39,611 nucleotides of DNA from a virus (taxonomy: Duplodnaviria > Caudoviricetes), in the IMG/VR virus record IMGVR_UViG_3300036798_000368, positions 1 to 39,611 of that record; one strand, 5' to 3'. Numbering within the stretch: the stretch's first letter is position 1; every line of letters starts with the position of its first letter. The notes beneath the pieces were generated by a model. It saw only the letters and a program-made list of their open reading frames with translations, had not been told where the DNA came from and did not search any database. The position numbers and the translations under genes were made by a program. Positions 7,286-16,449 of this stretch are shown here, one piece after another.

Positions 7286-7632
7286 CGCGGCGTTCCCGCA
7301 TTGGGGGGAACCGGCGCCGGCGCCGTAAGCTTTTTCGCTATGGCCCGCGTGCTCTTGAGAGCCGGGTTTCGTGCCTCATCCGATTCGGCTTGAGCGGCAT
7401 CTCTTTGTAGCCAGGCCCGATGAATCACGAGGCAATGTTCCCACCCGGGCTTGAACAGCGGCCCATGGGACGCGCTGGCATCGACAACGGCATGGCCGCT
7501 CAGATCGGTAACCGTCCTTGGGGAGATGTCGTTTTTATACGGCAAGCAGGCCTTATAGGCATCGTCGAGCTCGTCCGCTTGGGCGCCGCACCCCAGCATC
7601 ACGGCGAAGAAGAGAAAGGTCGTCACCCGCAT
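7282..7632 (-). CDS. Hypothetical exported protein
   Basis: AGGAGA RBS; MRVTTFLFFAVMLGCGAQA signal peptide. Confidence 0.65.
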   Translation of the reverse strand: MRVTTFLFFAVMLGCGAQADELDDAYKACLPYKNDISPRTVTDLSGHAVVDASASHGPLFKPGWEHCLVIHRAWLQRDAAQAESDEARNPALKSTRAIAKKLTAPAPVPPNAGTPR

Positions 7633-7642
7633 GGTAAATCTC

Positions 7643-9838
7643 CTAATCGTAAATCCAATTTGTCCCGTTGCACGATACCAGCGAATTGACCGTAGTGCCG
7701 CCGCCCCCCGCAAGAATAAGATGATACGTTGGAGCCGCCGATCCAGTAGTGTCCGTCACGAACATCATGCTGCCCTTGTTGCCAGCGTTGCACGTCACGG
7801 CTAAGATGGTCGCGATTGTTTGAGGTATCGAAAGGATACGACCGGACGCCTGAATAAATACGCTGTTGGTCCCAGCGGGAATTTGAAAAGCCTGAATGCC
7901 ATTCGCAAATACAAGCTCGGGGCCACCTGTCGTTGTCTGTGACGTGATAGAGCCGCCCCCGCAACACGCTGTATGGCTTCCCCATCCAATTGACGGGCTT
8001 GTAGTTGCGGGTAAAAGGATGCCGGCGAGGACCGGGTTGCCGGTAATATTGGCGAAATTCATAAACGTGTTGAGAGCCACTGTTGTTGCCGGCGTATCAA
8101 GGAACGTCCCGCCGGCGGCAAGCCCAAATGTGCCGGTGTTGTCGCCAGCGTATAGGTAAGTATTCCACCCTACTCCGCTCGAGATTACATTAATTGCCGC
8201 ATCGATCGTCCCATGCTGCGTTCCAGTGAGATCGGCGACCCTAAGTCCTTCGCGTTCCGTGGCGCCAGGTGAAAGGAGCGTAGAGTCTATTTCTTCACCG
8301 GTGACTGTGGTCGGGGTCATCGCCGCAGGAATATAGACGTAGGGATTATTTGCGGTGAAATTGCCCGAGAGGTTAAAAGCGTTGCAGGTGACGGGCGAAA
8401 GGCATGGCTCCGTCACTTCAAACCCGGCGGTAAAGTAATCGCTAACCGTGCCGCCCACCCCAAGTTGTTGCGATGTCGCCGCTTGCCGAGAGCCGGTGGT
8501 TGTAGATCCAGCAACATTTTTCGTCGCTTGCCCCACCCATCCAAAATGCGTGCTGGTCGAAGAAAAACTGCCGTAGCCCTCACTTTCGAGGAAATTGAAC
8601 GCCGGAGTACTGAAGCTCGCGGCCGCTCCCGTGTTTGTCGCAGTTAGCGTCACGCCCGAGCCCCCACTGACAGTGAGCGCGCCGCTTAGCGTTGAAAGTC
8701 CAGTGACTCCCAGCGTCGTCGAAAATGCCCCGCTTGTGCCGGTAAATGCTCCAGTCGCCGACAGCGTGGTGAACGCCCCGGTGCTTGGCGCCGTGCTGCC
8801 GATCGCCGGCGGCGAGGCGAAGAGATTGGTGAAGCCCGCCCCGGAGACCGCGCCGGATGCCGACAAGGTCGTGAAGGCGCCGGTGGCCGGCGCCGTGCTG
8901 CCAATAGGCGGAGGCGAGTGGAACAGGTTGTTAAAGCCGGTTCCAGTCACCGCGCCGCTCGCCGACAGCGCCGCCACGCTCGTCGCGCCGGTCGCCGACA
9001 GCGTCGTGAAGGCACCGGCTGCCGGCGTCACCGACCCGACCCCGACGGGAGGGGCCGAAATCAGGGACGTAAAGGCCGCCCCGGAGATCGCCCCCGTCGC
9101 CGACAAGGTGGTGAACGCTCCGGTGCTCGGCGCCGTGCTGCCAATAGGCGGAGGCGAGGCGAAATAGTTCGAAAATCCGGCGCCGGAGACCGTGCCCGAG
9201 GCCGATAGCGCCGCCAGGCTCGTGGCGCCGGTCGCCGACAGGGTCGTAAACGCTCCGGTGTTGGGCGTGACCGATCCGATCGGCGGCGGCGACGCGAGAT
9301 AAGCCGAGAATCCGGCGCCACTGACGCTCCCACTTACCGCGAGGTTCGAGAAAAGACCCGTGAGACCGGTGATTGTGCCGGAAGACGAGATCCCCGTGAA
9401 CGCCCCGGTGCTCGGCGCCGTGTTGCCGATGGGAGGAGGCGAGGCGAACAAATTGGTAAAGCCGGCACCGGTCAATGGGCCGGCCGCCGCAAAGGCGCCG
9501 ACCGTCGTCGGCCCGGTCACCGCCAGGCTCCCGGCGATCGTCGCGTTGCCGGACACCGTCAAACTGGTAAAGCTGCCGGCGCCGCCCCCACCGCCGACCG
9601 GCATCCAAGCGCCGGTTCCCGGGTTATATGAGCCCATGACGACGTCGTGGCCGAAGGTGTCGTTGAAGCTCAACGTGTTCGCGCTCGTGTCGTTGGTGAA
9701 CACCGGCGCGACCGTCGCCGCCGAGGCCGAGCCGATGGCCGCCGCCAAGAATAGGGGAACAAGTTTTGTTCCCGAAAAATAATTGCGCCGAATCGCGCCG
9801 CCCAAGTGGCGTAATTTTTTTCCCAAGGTTTTCATCAT
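7643..9838 (-). CDS. Tail fibre / adhesin-like repeat protein
   Basis: Six SPPPIGSTAPSTGAFTTL-type repeats; Gly/Thr/Ser-rich; C-terminus VSCNGTNWIYD; follows the tail-collar gene. Confidence 0.7.
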   Translation of the reverse strand: MMKTLGKKLRHLGGAIRRNYFSGTKLVPLFLAAAIGSASAATVAPVFTNDTSANTLSFNDTFGHDVVMGSYNPGTGAWMPVGGGGGAGSFTSLTVSGNATIAGSLAVTGPTTVGAFAAAGPLTGAGFTNLFASPPPIGNTAPSTGAFTGISSSGTITGLTGLFSNLAVSGSVSGAGFSAYLASPPPIGSVTPNTGAFTTLSATGATSLAALSASGTVSGAGFSNYFASPPPIGSTAPSTGAFTTLSATGAISGAAFTSLISAPPVGVGSVTPAAGAFTTLSATGATSVAALSASGAVTGTGFNNLFHSPPPIGSTAPATGAFTTLSASGAVSGAGFTNLFASPPAIGSTAPSTGAFTTLSATGAFTGTSGAFSTTLGVTGLSTLSGALTVSGGSGVTLTATNTGAAASFSTPAFNFLESEGYGSFSSTSTHFGWVGQATKNVAGSTTTGSRQAATSQQLGVGGTVSDYFTAGFEVTEPCLSPVTCNAFNLSGNFTANNPYVYIPAAMTPTTVTGEEIDSTLLSPGATEREGLRVADLTGTQHGTIDAAINVISSGVGWNTYLYAGDNTGTFGLAAGGTFLDTPATTVALNTFMNFANITGNPVLAGILLPATTSPSIGWGSHTACCGGGSITSQTTTGGPELVFANGIQAFQIPAGTNSVFIQASGRILSIPQTIATILAVTCNAGNKGSMMFVTDTTGSAAPTYHLILAGGGGTTVNSLVSCNGTNWIYD

Positions 9839-10134
9839 GGCCTCGCCGGATAGGCAAACAACCCCGAATAGAACGCGGTCATCTGCGCCGCGGTATAGCC
9901 GAGCTGGGCAGCAATAAAGTTGTAGAGCGCACTGCCGCTCGCAAAGACATCCTCGTACCATCCGATCGTTATGGTGTTCGTCGGGTCGGCAGGGATATTA
10001 TATTTGACGAGCCCGCCGGGATCGACGGCGGCGAGCGCCTGTTTCATTTGCGCCACCGTGGCGAGAGTAGGGCCGGCGCCGAGTGGCGGGAAAGGAACCG
10101 TTGGGGTGACGTGGATCGGCGGGAAGGCGGTCAT
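9835..10134 (-). CDS. Hypothetical protein (tail region)
   Basis: Coupled to the tail fibre start (ATGA). Confidence 0.6.
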   Translation of the reverse strand: MTAFPPIHVTPTVPFPPLGAGPTLATVAQMKQALAAVDPGGLVKYNIPADPTNTITIGWYEDVFASGSALYNFIAAQLGYTAAQMTAFYSGLFAYPARP

Positions 10135-10138
10135 CGGC

Positions 10139-10903
10139 TCATGTCTTGATGCAGGTCAAAACGGCATAGTTTTTGCCGACGGTCTCGGCGCCGCCGGCAT
10201 TGTTGTTTGTCGCGGTCGCGGCGACAACGGTGATTCCGGTCATCGCCGAGCTGGAGGGTGCGCCCGGCGAATAGCCCGGCGCGGTCGCTGCCCCCGGCCC
10301 GAGGCTTTGCGAAAAGTTCCCCGCGGTCGTGGTATGCGTATGACCGGGATCGGTGAGCGTGTGGGTATGGGCCGGCTGCACATGGGTGTGCGACGCGAAC
10401 CCGTCGGCTTGATAGGAGGCGAACGCGCGGCCCGGATCGAGCCCCTTGCCGTTGTCCCAGGTGCGCCGGACGGTGCCGCGAAAGTCCGGAACATTGAAGG
10501 TCGTCGAGCCGTCGCCGACGCCCCATGTCGTCCCGATCGCGGTAAACAGCGGGGCATAGGTCGTCCGCGAATAGGCCGTGCCGTCGCACACCAGCCACCC
10601 CGATGGTGCGGTGTTCATCGCGAAGTCTTGGATCGCGCCGGCATTGAGAAAGGTTCCGACGTCGGCAAGTCGCGCCACGTCGTTTTGCGCCACCGGCGCT
10701 CCGATATTCGAGATCTTGAATCCCGCCATTTGCAGGACGGCCAGCATTGGCGCCCGCCCCAAGCGATCGAGGGAGTTGGTGAGCTCGTTGCCGAGATCGG
10801 TGATCGCCGCCGCGAAGGCGATCGGATCGATGACCGTATTGGAGACCGGCGGATTGACGTCGCTGGGCGGCTGGACGTATACTCCAGAACTATTCCGCGG
10901 CAT
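10139..10903 (-). CDS. Phage tail collar domain protein
   Basis: GAIQDFAMNTAPSGWLVCDG...YAPLFTAIGTTWGVGDGSTTFNVPDFRG...N.A.L.CIK. Confidence 0.9.
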   Translation of the reverse strand: MPRNSSGVYVQPPSDVNPPVSNTVIDPIAFAAAITDLGNELTNSLDRLGRAPMLAVLQMAGFKISNIGAPVAQNDVARLADVGTFLNAGAIQDFAMNTAPSGWLVCDGTAYSRTTYAPLFTAIGTTWGVGDGSTTFNVPDFRGTVRRTWDNGKGLDPGRAFASYQADGFASHTHVQPAHTHTLTDPGHTHTTTAGNFSQSLGPGAATAPGYSPGAPSSSAMTGITVVAATATNNNAGGAETVGKNYAVLTCIKT

Positions 10904-10932
10904 TATGGAATCCCCATGCCCGTTGTTGTTAA

Positions 10933-11139
10933 ATGACCGGTGATCCATTCACCTGCGAGGCTTGCGGCGAGACGTTCGCGAAAGCGTGGACGGATGCAGA
11001 CGCCGTTATGGAGCTGACAAGTAATTACCCGTCCTTTTCCGAGGCCGAATGCGGCGTGCTTTGTAGCAACTGCTTGCGCAAATTTAAAAAATGGAAGCGG
11101 ATGCGCGATCGTCTTCACCTGCGGTTTTCCAATTGTTGA
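10933..11139 (+). CDS. Small zinc-finger protein, antisense to the late operon
   Basis: CEAC...CSNC pairs. Confidence 0.55.
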   Translation: MTGDPFTCEACGETFAKAWTDADAVMELTSNYPSFSEAECGVLCSNCLRKFKKWKRMRDRLHLRFSNC

Positions 11140-11342
11140 TTGCCATGATAGTCTTTGTTATCTTATTGCGGTGTTTGCTCTTTATAGGTTTCATGTCGGG
11201 CCTGCGGATGGCCCTCCACAGCGCTTTTGCGGTTTCGCTGCCGTTCGGGTTCGGATTCTGCGTGTTTTGCCTCATTTTGATCTTTGGCTACGCGATAATT
11301 GAGGACCGCCGGCGAGTGCGGCAGCAAGGGCGCCCCGATTGA
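11091..11342 (+). CDS. Small membrane protein (2 TM), antisense to the late operon
   Basis: Two hydrophobic segments and a basic C-terminus; AT-rich island. Confidence 0.45.
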   Translation: MEADARSSSPAVFQLLIAMIVFVILLRCLLFIGFMSGLRMALHSAFAVSLPFGFGFCVFCLILIFGYAIIEDRRRVRQQGRPD

Positions 11343-13464
11343 CGGCAAACGGCAGGGCGCCGCCGCCTCGCATCAGCTGATTCGCCAACAAGCTTTGCGC
11401 CGGCTGCGACATGAGAGTCCGCGCCGCCAGCGCCGGGAGTGCTACTCCGGCGGCGAGGCCTGGAAGGCCTTCCTCTTTATAGCCGACGCCACCGCCCACC
11501 ACATGCGGAATGGCCGCGCCAAGAACGCGCGCCGCCAGCAAGCGGGGCGCGGTTCCCGATTGCGGGAAGTTGGTGAGAATCGCGTTGCCGGCATTGGTCA
11601 GCGGCGCGAGATCGCCGACCCCGCGCGCATAGGCGCCACGGTTCTTGCCGCTCGCGAGCGCCGTCCGCATTTGCGCCGGCGACAAGATTCCCTCGGCCGC
11701 GCCGGCGCCCGCCGAGGCCGCGGCTTTTTCGATATCCTTGTAGTTCCCATATTGGCTGCGCAGCCGCGCCCATTCTCCAGCGTCCGCCGGATTGTTCGCG
11801 GATATTGACCGGTCCATGGCGTTGTCGAGCGCGTCGCGAATATCGCGATAGGCTTGCGCCTGCGGTGGGTCTGAAAAACGTAGGCTCTGAGCCTGATTGG
11901 TGAGCCTCGAGCGCGTCGCCTGGTAGGCATCGCCGGGGATCGGATCCATCGGTTTTGCGACGCCGCCACTAAGGTGCGAAACCTCGTCCGATCTGTCGAC
12001 GACTACCCGCGCCGGGAACGTTGGATGGCCATTAAGCTGAAGCGCGTCATACCTATTGGCGCCCTCGAGGATGTACGGACCTTTTTCGTCCATCGCGACA
12101 ATAAGGGGATTGATTTCCCCGGACTGCTTTATCGAGTCGGCGAGCGCACGCACTTTGTTGGTCGGCTCGTCCATCCCCGAGAAATCCGAAAAAGGGACCT
12201 CCCTGACGCCGGGCAGAAGATCGCTTTTTGTAAAGGATGATTCGATGGAATCCATGTTTGGGACATAGTCTCTGACTGTCAGGCCGCTTACGGTATCCCC
12301 GGCCATCGGGTAATCTGTCACCGGAAATGCGGAAGGTTGAGCGGGAGCGCGAGCAGAAAAGTCATCTATTATCTTCGAGACGCCGGGCGCCCGCGCCGAG
12401 GGAGAAACCAGGGACTCATAGTTGGTCTGCGCTTTCGCCAGGTCTTGCGAAAGCTGGCCGTCCGGAACGAGGGCGTTCCGCGCGGAAAGCTCCCCGAACC
12501 TATTGCCGAGCGCGTCGTTGGCCGCGGCCAGCGTTTCAGGGTTGGCGAGCTCGCCCTCGATCCCGGCTTTGCCGAGAATCGCTTGGGTGAAGGCGCGGCT
12601 GTTCGCCTCCCGCGCAGCCTCGGCGCCGCCGCCCCCGAACGGAATGTCGGAGGCCGCCGCCTCGAGCTTCGCGAGCGTCCTGTTGCCGGTGACCTGGCCG
12701 GCGGTCGGACTCACCCCGGCTTGCCGAAGCGCATCGACGAGGGCTTGCCGCTCGGGCGAGACGACAAACGGCGAAGCAACTTTCCCGACCAGAGATGCCC
12801 CGACCGGCGCCGCGGCCCCCGCGACAAGGCCAGTTCCGGCGCCGATCGCCGCATTCCGGCCGACGTCCGACAAGTTGGTCAGATCCGGCGATTCGGACGC
12901 GCCTTGAATTCCACCCGTTACCCCGCCCAAGAGGCCAAATTTTCCGGCCTGCGCGGCGAGGCCGCCTTCGCCGACGCCGGGCACCGCGGCGAGCGGCGCC
13001 GAGGCGACGAGACCCCCGACCGCGTTGGTCCATGGGTTTTGCTGCGCAAAAGCCGCGTTCTTGGCCTGCTCGGCGGGAAGGGTTTCCGCGTAAGGCTGGC
13101 CGGTGCCCCCATAGCCTTGCGGCAAGTTGGTCTTCGCTGCGGCGACTGCGCGATCGACGAACGGCAGATTGGCCTCGAGCGCGCGCGACGCGCCTTTTAA
13201 GGCGCCCAATTGGGCAGACAAACCCCCGAGGTAAGCCCCGCCGACCTGCTCGCCAACCGTTGGCGGCGGCTGAAACGGCGCCCCATAAGAGACATCCGCG
13301 CCGAGCTGCCGATTGAACGGGTTGACCGCGGCCGGATGCGGCGCTTGCCCCGCCTCCGGATGTTGCGCCAGAACTTGCATGCGCACGTCCGCATCCGACG
13401 CGCCTTCCGGCCCGTCGATTTGATACGTGTTTCCGTCTGGAGCATCGATTTCGTAAGTTGCCAT
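11272..13464 (-). CDS. Internal virion / DNA-ejection protein with an inserted ParB/Srx-like domain
   Basis: MATYEIDAPDGNTYQIDGPEGASD start; Ala/Gly-rich; insert LADSIKQSGEINPLIV...YILEGANRYDAL. Confidence 0.7.
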   Translation of the reverse strand: MATYEIDAPDGNTYQIDGPEGASDADVRMQVLAQHPEAGQAPHPAAVNPFNRQLGADVSYGAPFQPPPTVGEQVGGAYLGGLSAQLGALKGASRALEANLPFVDRAVAAAKTNLPQGYGGTGQPYAETLPAEQAKNAAFAQQNPWTNAVGGLVASAPLAAVPGVGEGGLAAQAGKFGLLGGVTGGIQGASESPDLTNLSDVGRNAAIGAGTGLVAGAAAPVGASLVGKVASPFVVSPERQALVDALRQAGVSPTAGQVTGNRTLAKLEAAASDIPFGGGGAEAAREANSRAFTQAILGKAGIEGELANPETLAAANDALGNRFGELSARNALVPDGQLSQDLAKAQTNYESLVSPSARAPGVSKIIDDFSARAPAQPSAFPVTDYPMAGDTVSGLTVRDYVPNMDSIESSFTKSDLLPGVREVPFSDFSGMDEPTNKVRALADSIKQSGEINPLIVAMDEKGPYILEGANRYDALQLNGHPTFPARVVVDRSDEVSHLSGGVAKPMDPIPGDAYQATRSRLTNQAQSLRFSDPPQAQAYRDIRDALDNAMDRSISANNPADAGEWARLRSQYGNYKDIEKAAASAGAGAAEGILSPAQMRTALASGKNRGAYARGVGDLAPLTNAGNAILTNFPQSGTAPRLLAARVLGAAIPHVVGGGVGYKEEGLPGLAAGVALPALAARTLMSQPAQSLLANQLMRGGGALPFAVNRGALAAALAGGPQLSRSQRSK

Positions 13465-13465
13465 T

Positions 13466-15376
13466 TTATTTGCTTATCTTCCTAGATTGGCCCCAGCCGC
13501 CCGACGCGGCCGGCCCGGCGCCAACGGCAGGCTGTGTCCCGGCCGCCCCCGCGCCGGATTGTTCTGGCACCGTCTGCCCCCGCAGTCTCGCGACGTTACG
13601 CATGATTTTATCGTAGCTGGCCTGCATCGTCGGCGGCATCTTTTCGTATTTTGCCGCCTCGTCTTCGCCAAGCACGTTGGCGACCTTGGAATGCAGCGCC
13701 TCGAACCGCGCCGGGAAGAGATTCGCCTCGGCTTCGAGCTTGTCGGCAAGCTCGGTCGGCGACATGGCGCCACTGAGACTGCGGGCGAATTCGGTACGCT
13801 CCGGTTCGGCCCCGGGGCCGCCGGTCAAAAACTTCACCTTATCGGCGCCATATGTCCCGGCCGAGCTTAGAAGCGCATTCACCTTGCCGGCCTGTGCCGT
13901 CGATCCCTGGCGAAGGATATTTGCGGCGTGTGCGATCGGGGTTATCCCGACTGGATCCCAATTGCCCAAGTCAACCGCATTATCGCTAGCATTCGCCAAG
14001 TGCGACAACGTCGTATCGCCAAATTGCAGCTGGCCGCCGGTTGAGCTCGGCTGGCTCGAGGCGAGGTCCATCCGCATCTTTTTGCGCGCAGCATAGATCG
14101 TATCATCAACCGGATCACCGATATCGTCGCCATATTTCTGCGCCCACATCTTGACGTTTTGGGTCAATCCCGATCGTGGATTGCCGGTCGGGATCGCCTT
14201 GCCGCTGTGATAATCCTTGATCGCTGCTTGGATTTGCGGCGGGAATTGCGCCACGAAATCCTCGCCCTTTAGATTATAATCGATCCCTGCAGCAGCGCCG
14301 GGGGCACCGGTAGCGGCTGAGGGAGTGAGCGGGTTCAATACCGGCTTCCCGTTCTCGTAAGTGACGGAATAAGACTGCTTCGCCCCGGTAAATGGATCAG
14401 GGGGGCCTTCGACGATCTTCGGCTCGGCGGCGGTCGTATATTTGCGTTCTCCGGTGGTCGCGTTTTCCTGATATTGGAGCCCGGTTTGCGGGTCGACTTT
14501 GGTCGTCCATGTGTCGGCCGGTTCCGTTCCCTGAATCCGAGTGATCGTGCCTTCCGGGCTTTTTTGATAAATCCCACTGTCGGTTATCCCGAGCGCTTTC
14601 GTCTCGTCCGGCGTCAGAGTGTGCGCCTGCTCCTTGATTGTCGCGAGGTAGGCGGTCTCCAATTGCTGATCGTACGCGCTCAGCTTGCCTAATTGATCGG
14701 CGTAAATCTTGGCGACCTCGGGCGACGAGGCGCCGGCAATCTGCGCCCGCAAGGTTTGCTCTTGGGCGCGCAGCGCCTGCCGCGCGGAATAAATCTCGCG
14801 CTGCTGCGCGGTGCCGATGTCCGATGCCTGGCCGGCGATGTTCTGCGCCGCCCCCGGCGCCGTCGGAGCAGCCCCGGCCGCCGGCGCAACGGAAGGCGCG
14901 GGCAGGTTGATCGCCGGCGGCGCGCCCCCAATCCCGATCGACTTTGCCAGGCCGGTGAATGGGCTTGTCAGGGCGCCTATGATGCCGCCCAGCGGGCCTC
15001 CCGCGGCCGTGGCGTCCGGGGCGTCGCGGATCAGCAGCGGGGCGCCCGGGCCTGCCGCGTAATGGGTGCCAGGAGGCGCCGCGCCGGGCATGGCGCCCGG
15101 GGCCACCCCCGCCGCCGGGGGAGGAGCCGGCAGCGGAGGACGCCCGGCCGGCGGCACGGCAACTCCGCCGCCGGCAAGCGCTTGGGCGAGCACGTCGGGC
15201 GGCGCGCCGAGAGGAGTGGGGCCAGGCCCCGGAACGGTTCCAGCAAGTGGCGCCGGCGGAGGGGTGTCTTCGTCCTCGTCATCATCCGATGTCGCAGACG
15301 GCGCCGGCGGCGCCTTGGCGAGGAGCGCGGCAAGCAGCCTCCGTTGCTGGGTCTGATCGTCAGCTTCCAAAGCCAA
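13466..15376 (-). CDS. Internal virion / ejection protein
   Basis: GGAGA RBS then TTG; long Ala/Pro/Gly-rich protein in the ejection-gene block. Confidence 0.65.
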   Translation of the reverse strand: MALEADDQTQQRRLLAALLAKAPPAPSATSDDDEDEDTPPPAPLAGTVPGPGPTPLGAPPDVLAQALAGGGVAVPPAGRPPLPAPPPAAGVAPGAMPGAAPPGTHYAAGPGAPLLIRDAPDATAAGGPLGGIIGALTSPFTGLAKSIGIGGAPPAINLPAPSVAPAAGAAPTAPGAAQNIAGQASDIGTAQQREIYSARQALRAQEQTLRAQIAGASSPEVAKIYADQLGKLSAYDQQLETAYLATIKEQAHTLTPDETKALGITDSGIYQKSPEGTITRIQGTEPADTWTTKVDPQTGLQYQENATTGERKYTTAAEPKIVEGPPDPFTGAKQSYSVTYENGKPVLNPLTPSAATGAPGAAAGIDYNLKGEDFVAQFPPQIQAAIKDYHSGKAIPTGNPRSGLTQNVKMWAQKYGDDIGDPVDDTIYAARKKMRMDLASSQPSSTGGQLQFGDTTLSHLANASDNAVDLGNWDPVGITPIAHAANILRQGSTAQAGKVNALLSSAGTYGADKVKFLTGGPGAEPERTEFARSLSGAMSPTELADKLEAEANLFPARFEALHSKVANVLGEDEAAKYEKMPPTMQASYDKIMRNVARLRGQTVPEQSGAGAAGTQPAVGAGPAASGGWGQSRKISK

Positions 15377-15390
15377 AGGTTTTCTCCATA

Positions 15391-16449
15391 TCAGCCAAAG
15401 TCAAAGCCTCCGTCCGCGCTGCCGAAACCAGGCGTCCCGCCTTGAAGGGCCAGCGCCAGCATGTTGGGATCGACCGCCGGTGCCGGTTGGCCTTGGCCCT
15501 GCGCGAGGGCCGCGGCGAGCAGGGTTTGCTGCGATGGCGGCGGCGGCGCGTTCATGACTTGCAAGAGCGGCGGTCTCGGCGGTTCCTGCCAGGTTCCGGT
15601 TGACATGCCCGGATCGACCAGGCTCCCTCCCGTCCTCGGCATATTCGGATCGATCGACGCGGACAATGGATCGGGCCTGCCTACGACGTCGCCCTGAGAA
15701 CCAGTTGGCGAGGTAGACGAATAAACACGGGATGGCCCTTCCGGCGCGATATCGCCGCGGTTAAAGTCGGCCAAGTTTCCATCCATGCCGGGCGGCGTCG
15801 GCGCAATATCCGGCGGCCGCGCCGGAGGCAGCGGCACCGGCGTTCCGATATCGGCCGGCCGCGCGGGAGGTGTCGGGACGGGAACGCCAATTCCTTCCGG
15901 GCGCGCGGGAGGTGTCGGGACGGGCACGCCGAAGCCGAATGGCCGTGGCGGCGGCAAAGGAGCCGCGCCGAGATCGGCCGGCCGCGCAGGAGGGAGCGGC
16001 ATATTTTGTGGCGGCTGCGCGCCGAGATCGGCGGGCCGCGCGGGAGGCAGCGGGGCCACGGTCGAAGGCGCCGCATCAACGGTTCCCGGCGTCCCCGTAC
16101 CAGGCCGCCACCCCTCATGGACCCGCATCGACTGCAACAGCGCATCCTGTTCGGGCGGCGAATAATCCGCCATGGTCCGGCCGGACGTGTCGCCGCCCAT
16201 CGCGCGGAGATACCCAGGCACGTCGTTTTCCCCGCGGGGCGCCCATTTGGCGATGGCTTGCGGCAGCGTCAAATCCCGGTAGGCGGGACTGTCGAACAAC
16301 TTCGAGCGCTGCGCGTCGGTGCCGACCTCGACGCTCGGGAAGATCGCATAGCGGCCATCCGTGCCGATCGCCCCGTGCGCCCGGGCGAAAGGCCCATACT
16401 CCAGATTCCCCGGATTGTTGTTGCGCCAGGACCGCGAGCCGTCAGCCAA
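15391..16449 (-). CDS. Virion protein with an NNPGN lysozyme-like domain and PxPPARP repeats
   Basis: RSWRNNNPGNLEYG...GRYAIFPS..G..A...KWAP..END; start uncertain (TTG at 16449 or 16476). Confidence 0.65.
   Translation of the reverse strand: MADGSRSWRNNNPGNLEYGPFARAHGAIGTDGRYAIFPSVEVGTDAQRSKLFDSPAYRDLTLPQAIAKWAPRGENDVPGYLRAMGGDTSGRTMADYSPPEQDALLQSMRVHEGWRPGTGTPGTVDAAPSTVAPLPPARPADLGAQPPQNMPLPPARPADLGAAPLPPPRPFGFGVPVPTPPARPEGIGVPVPTPPARPADIGTPVPLPPARPPDIAPTPPGMDGNLADFNRGDIAPEGPSRVYSSTSPTGSQGDVVGRPDPLSASIDPNMPRTGGSLVDPGMSTGTWQEPPRPPLLQVMNAPPPPSQQTLLAAALAQGQGQPAPAVDPNMLALALQGGTPGFGSADGGFDFG

Noticed and set aside
7643-10903. Diversity-generating retroelement acting on the tail fibre
   Set aside because: No reverse transcriptase and no TR/VR pair seen; the repeats are ordinary protein repeats
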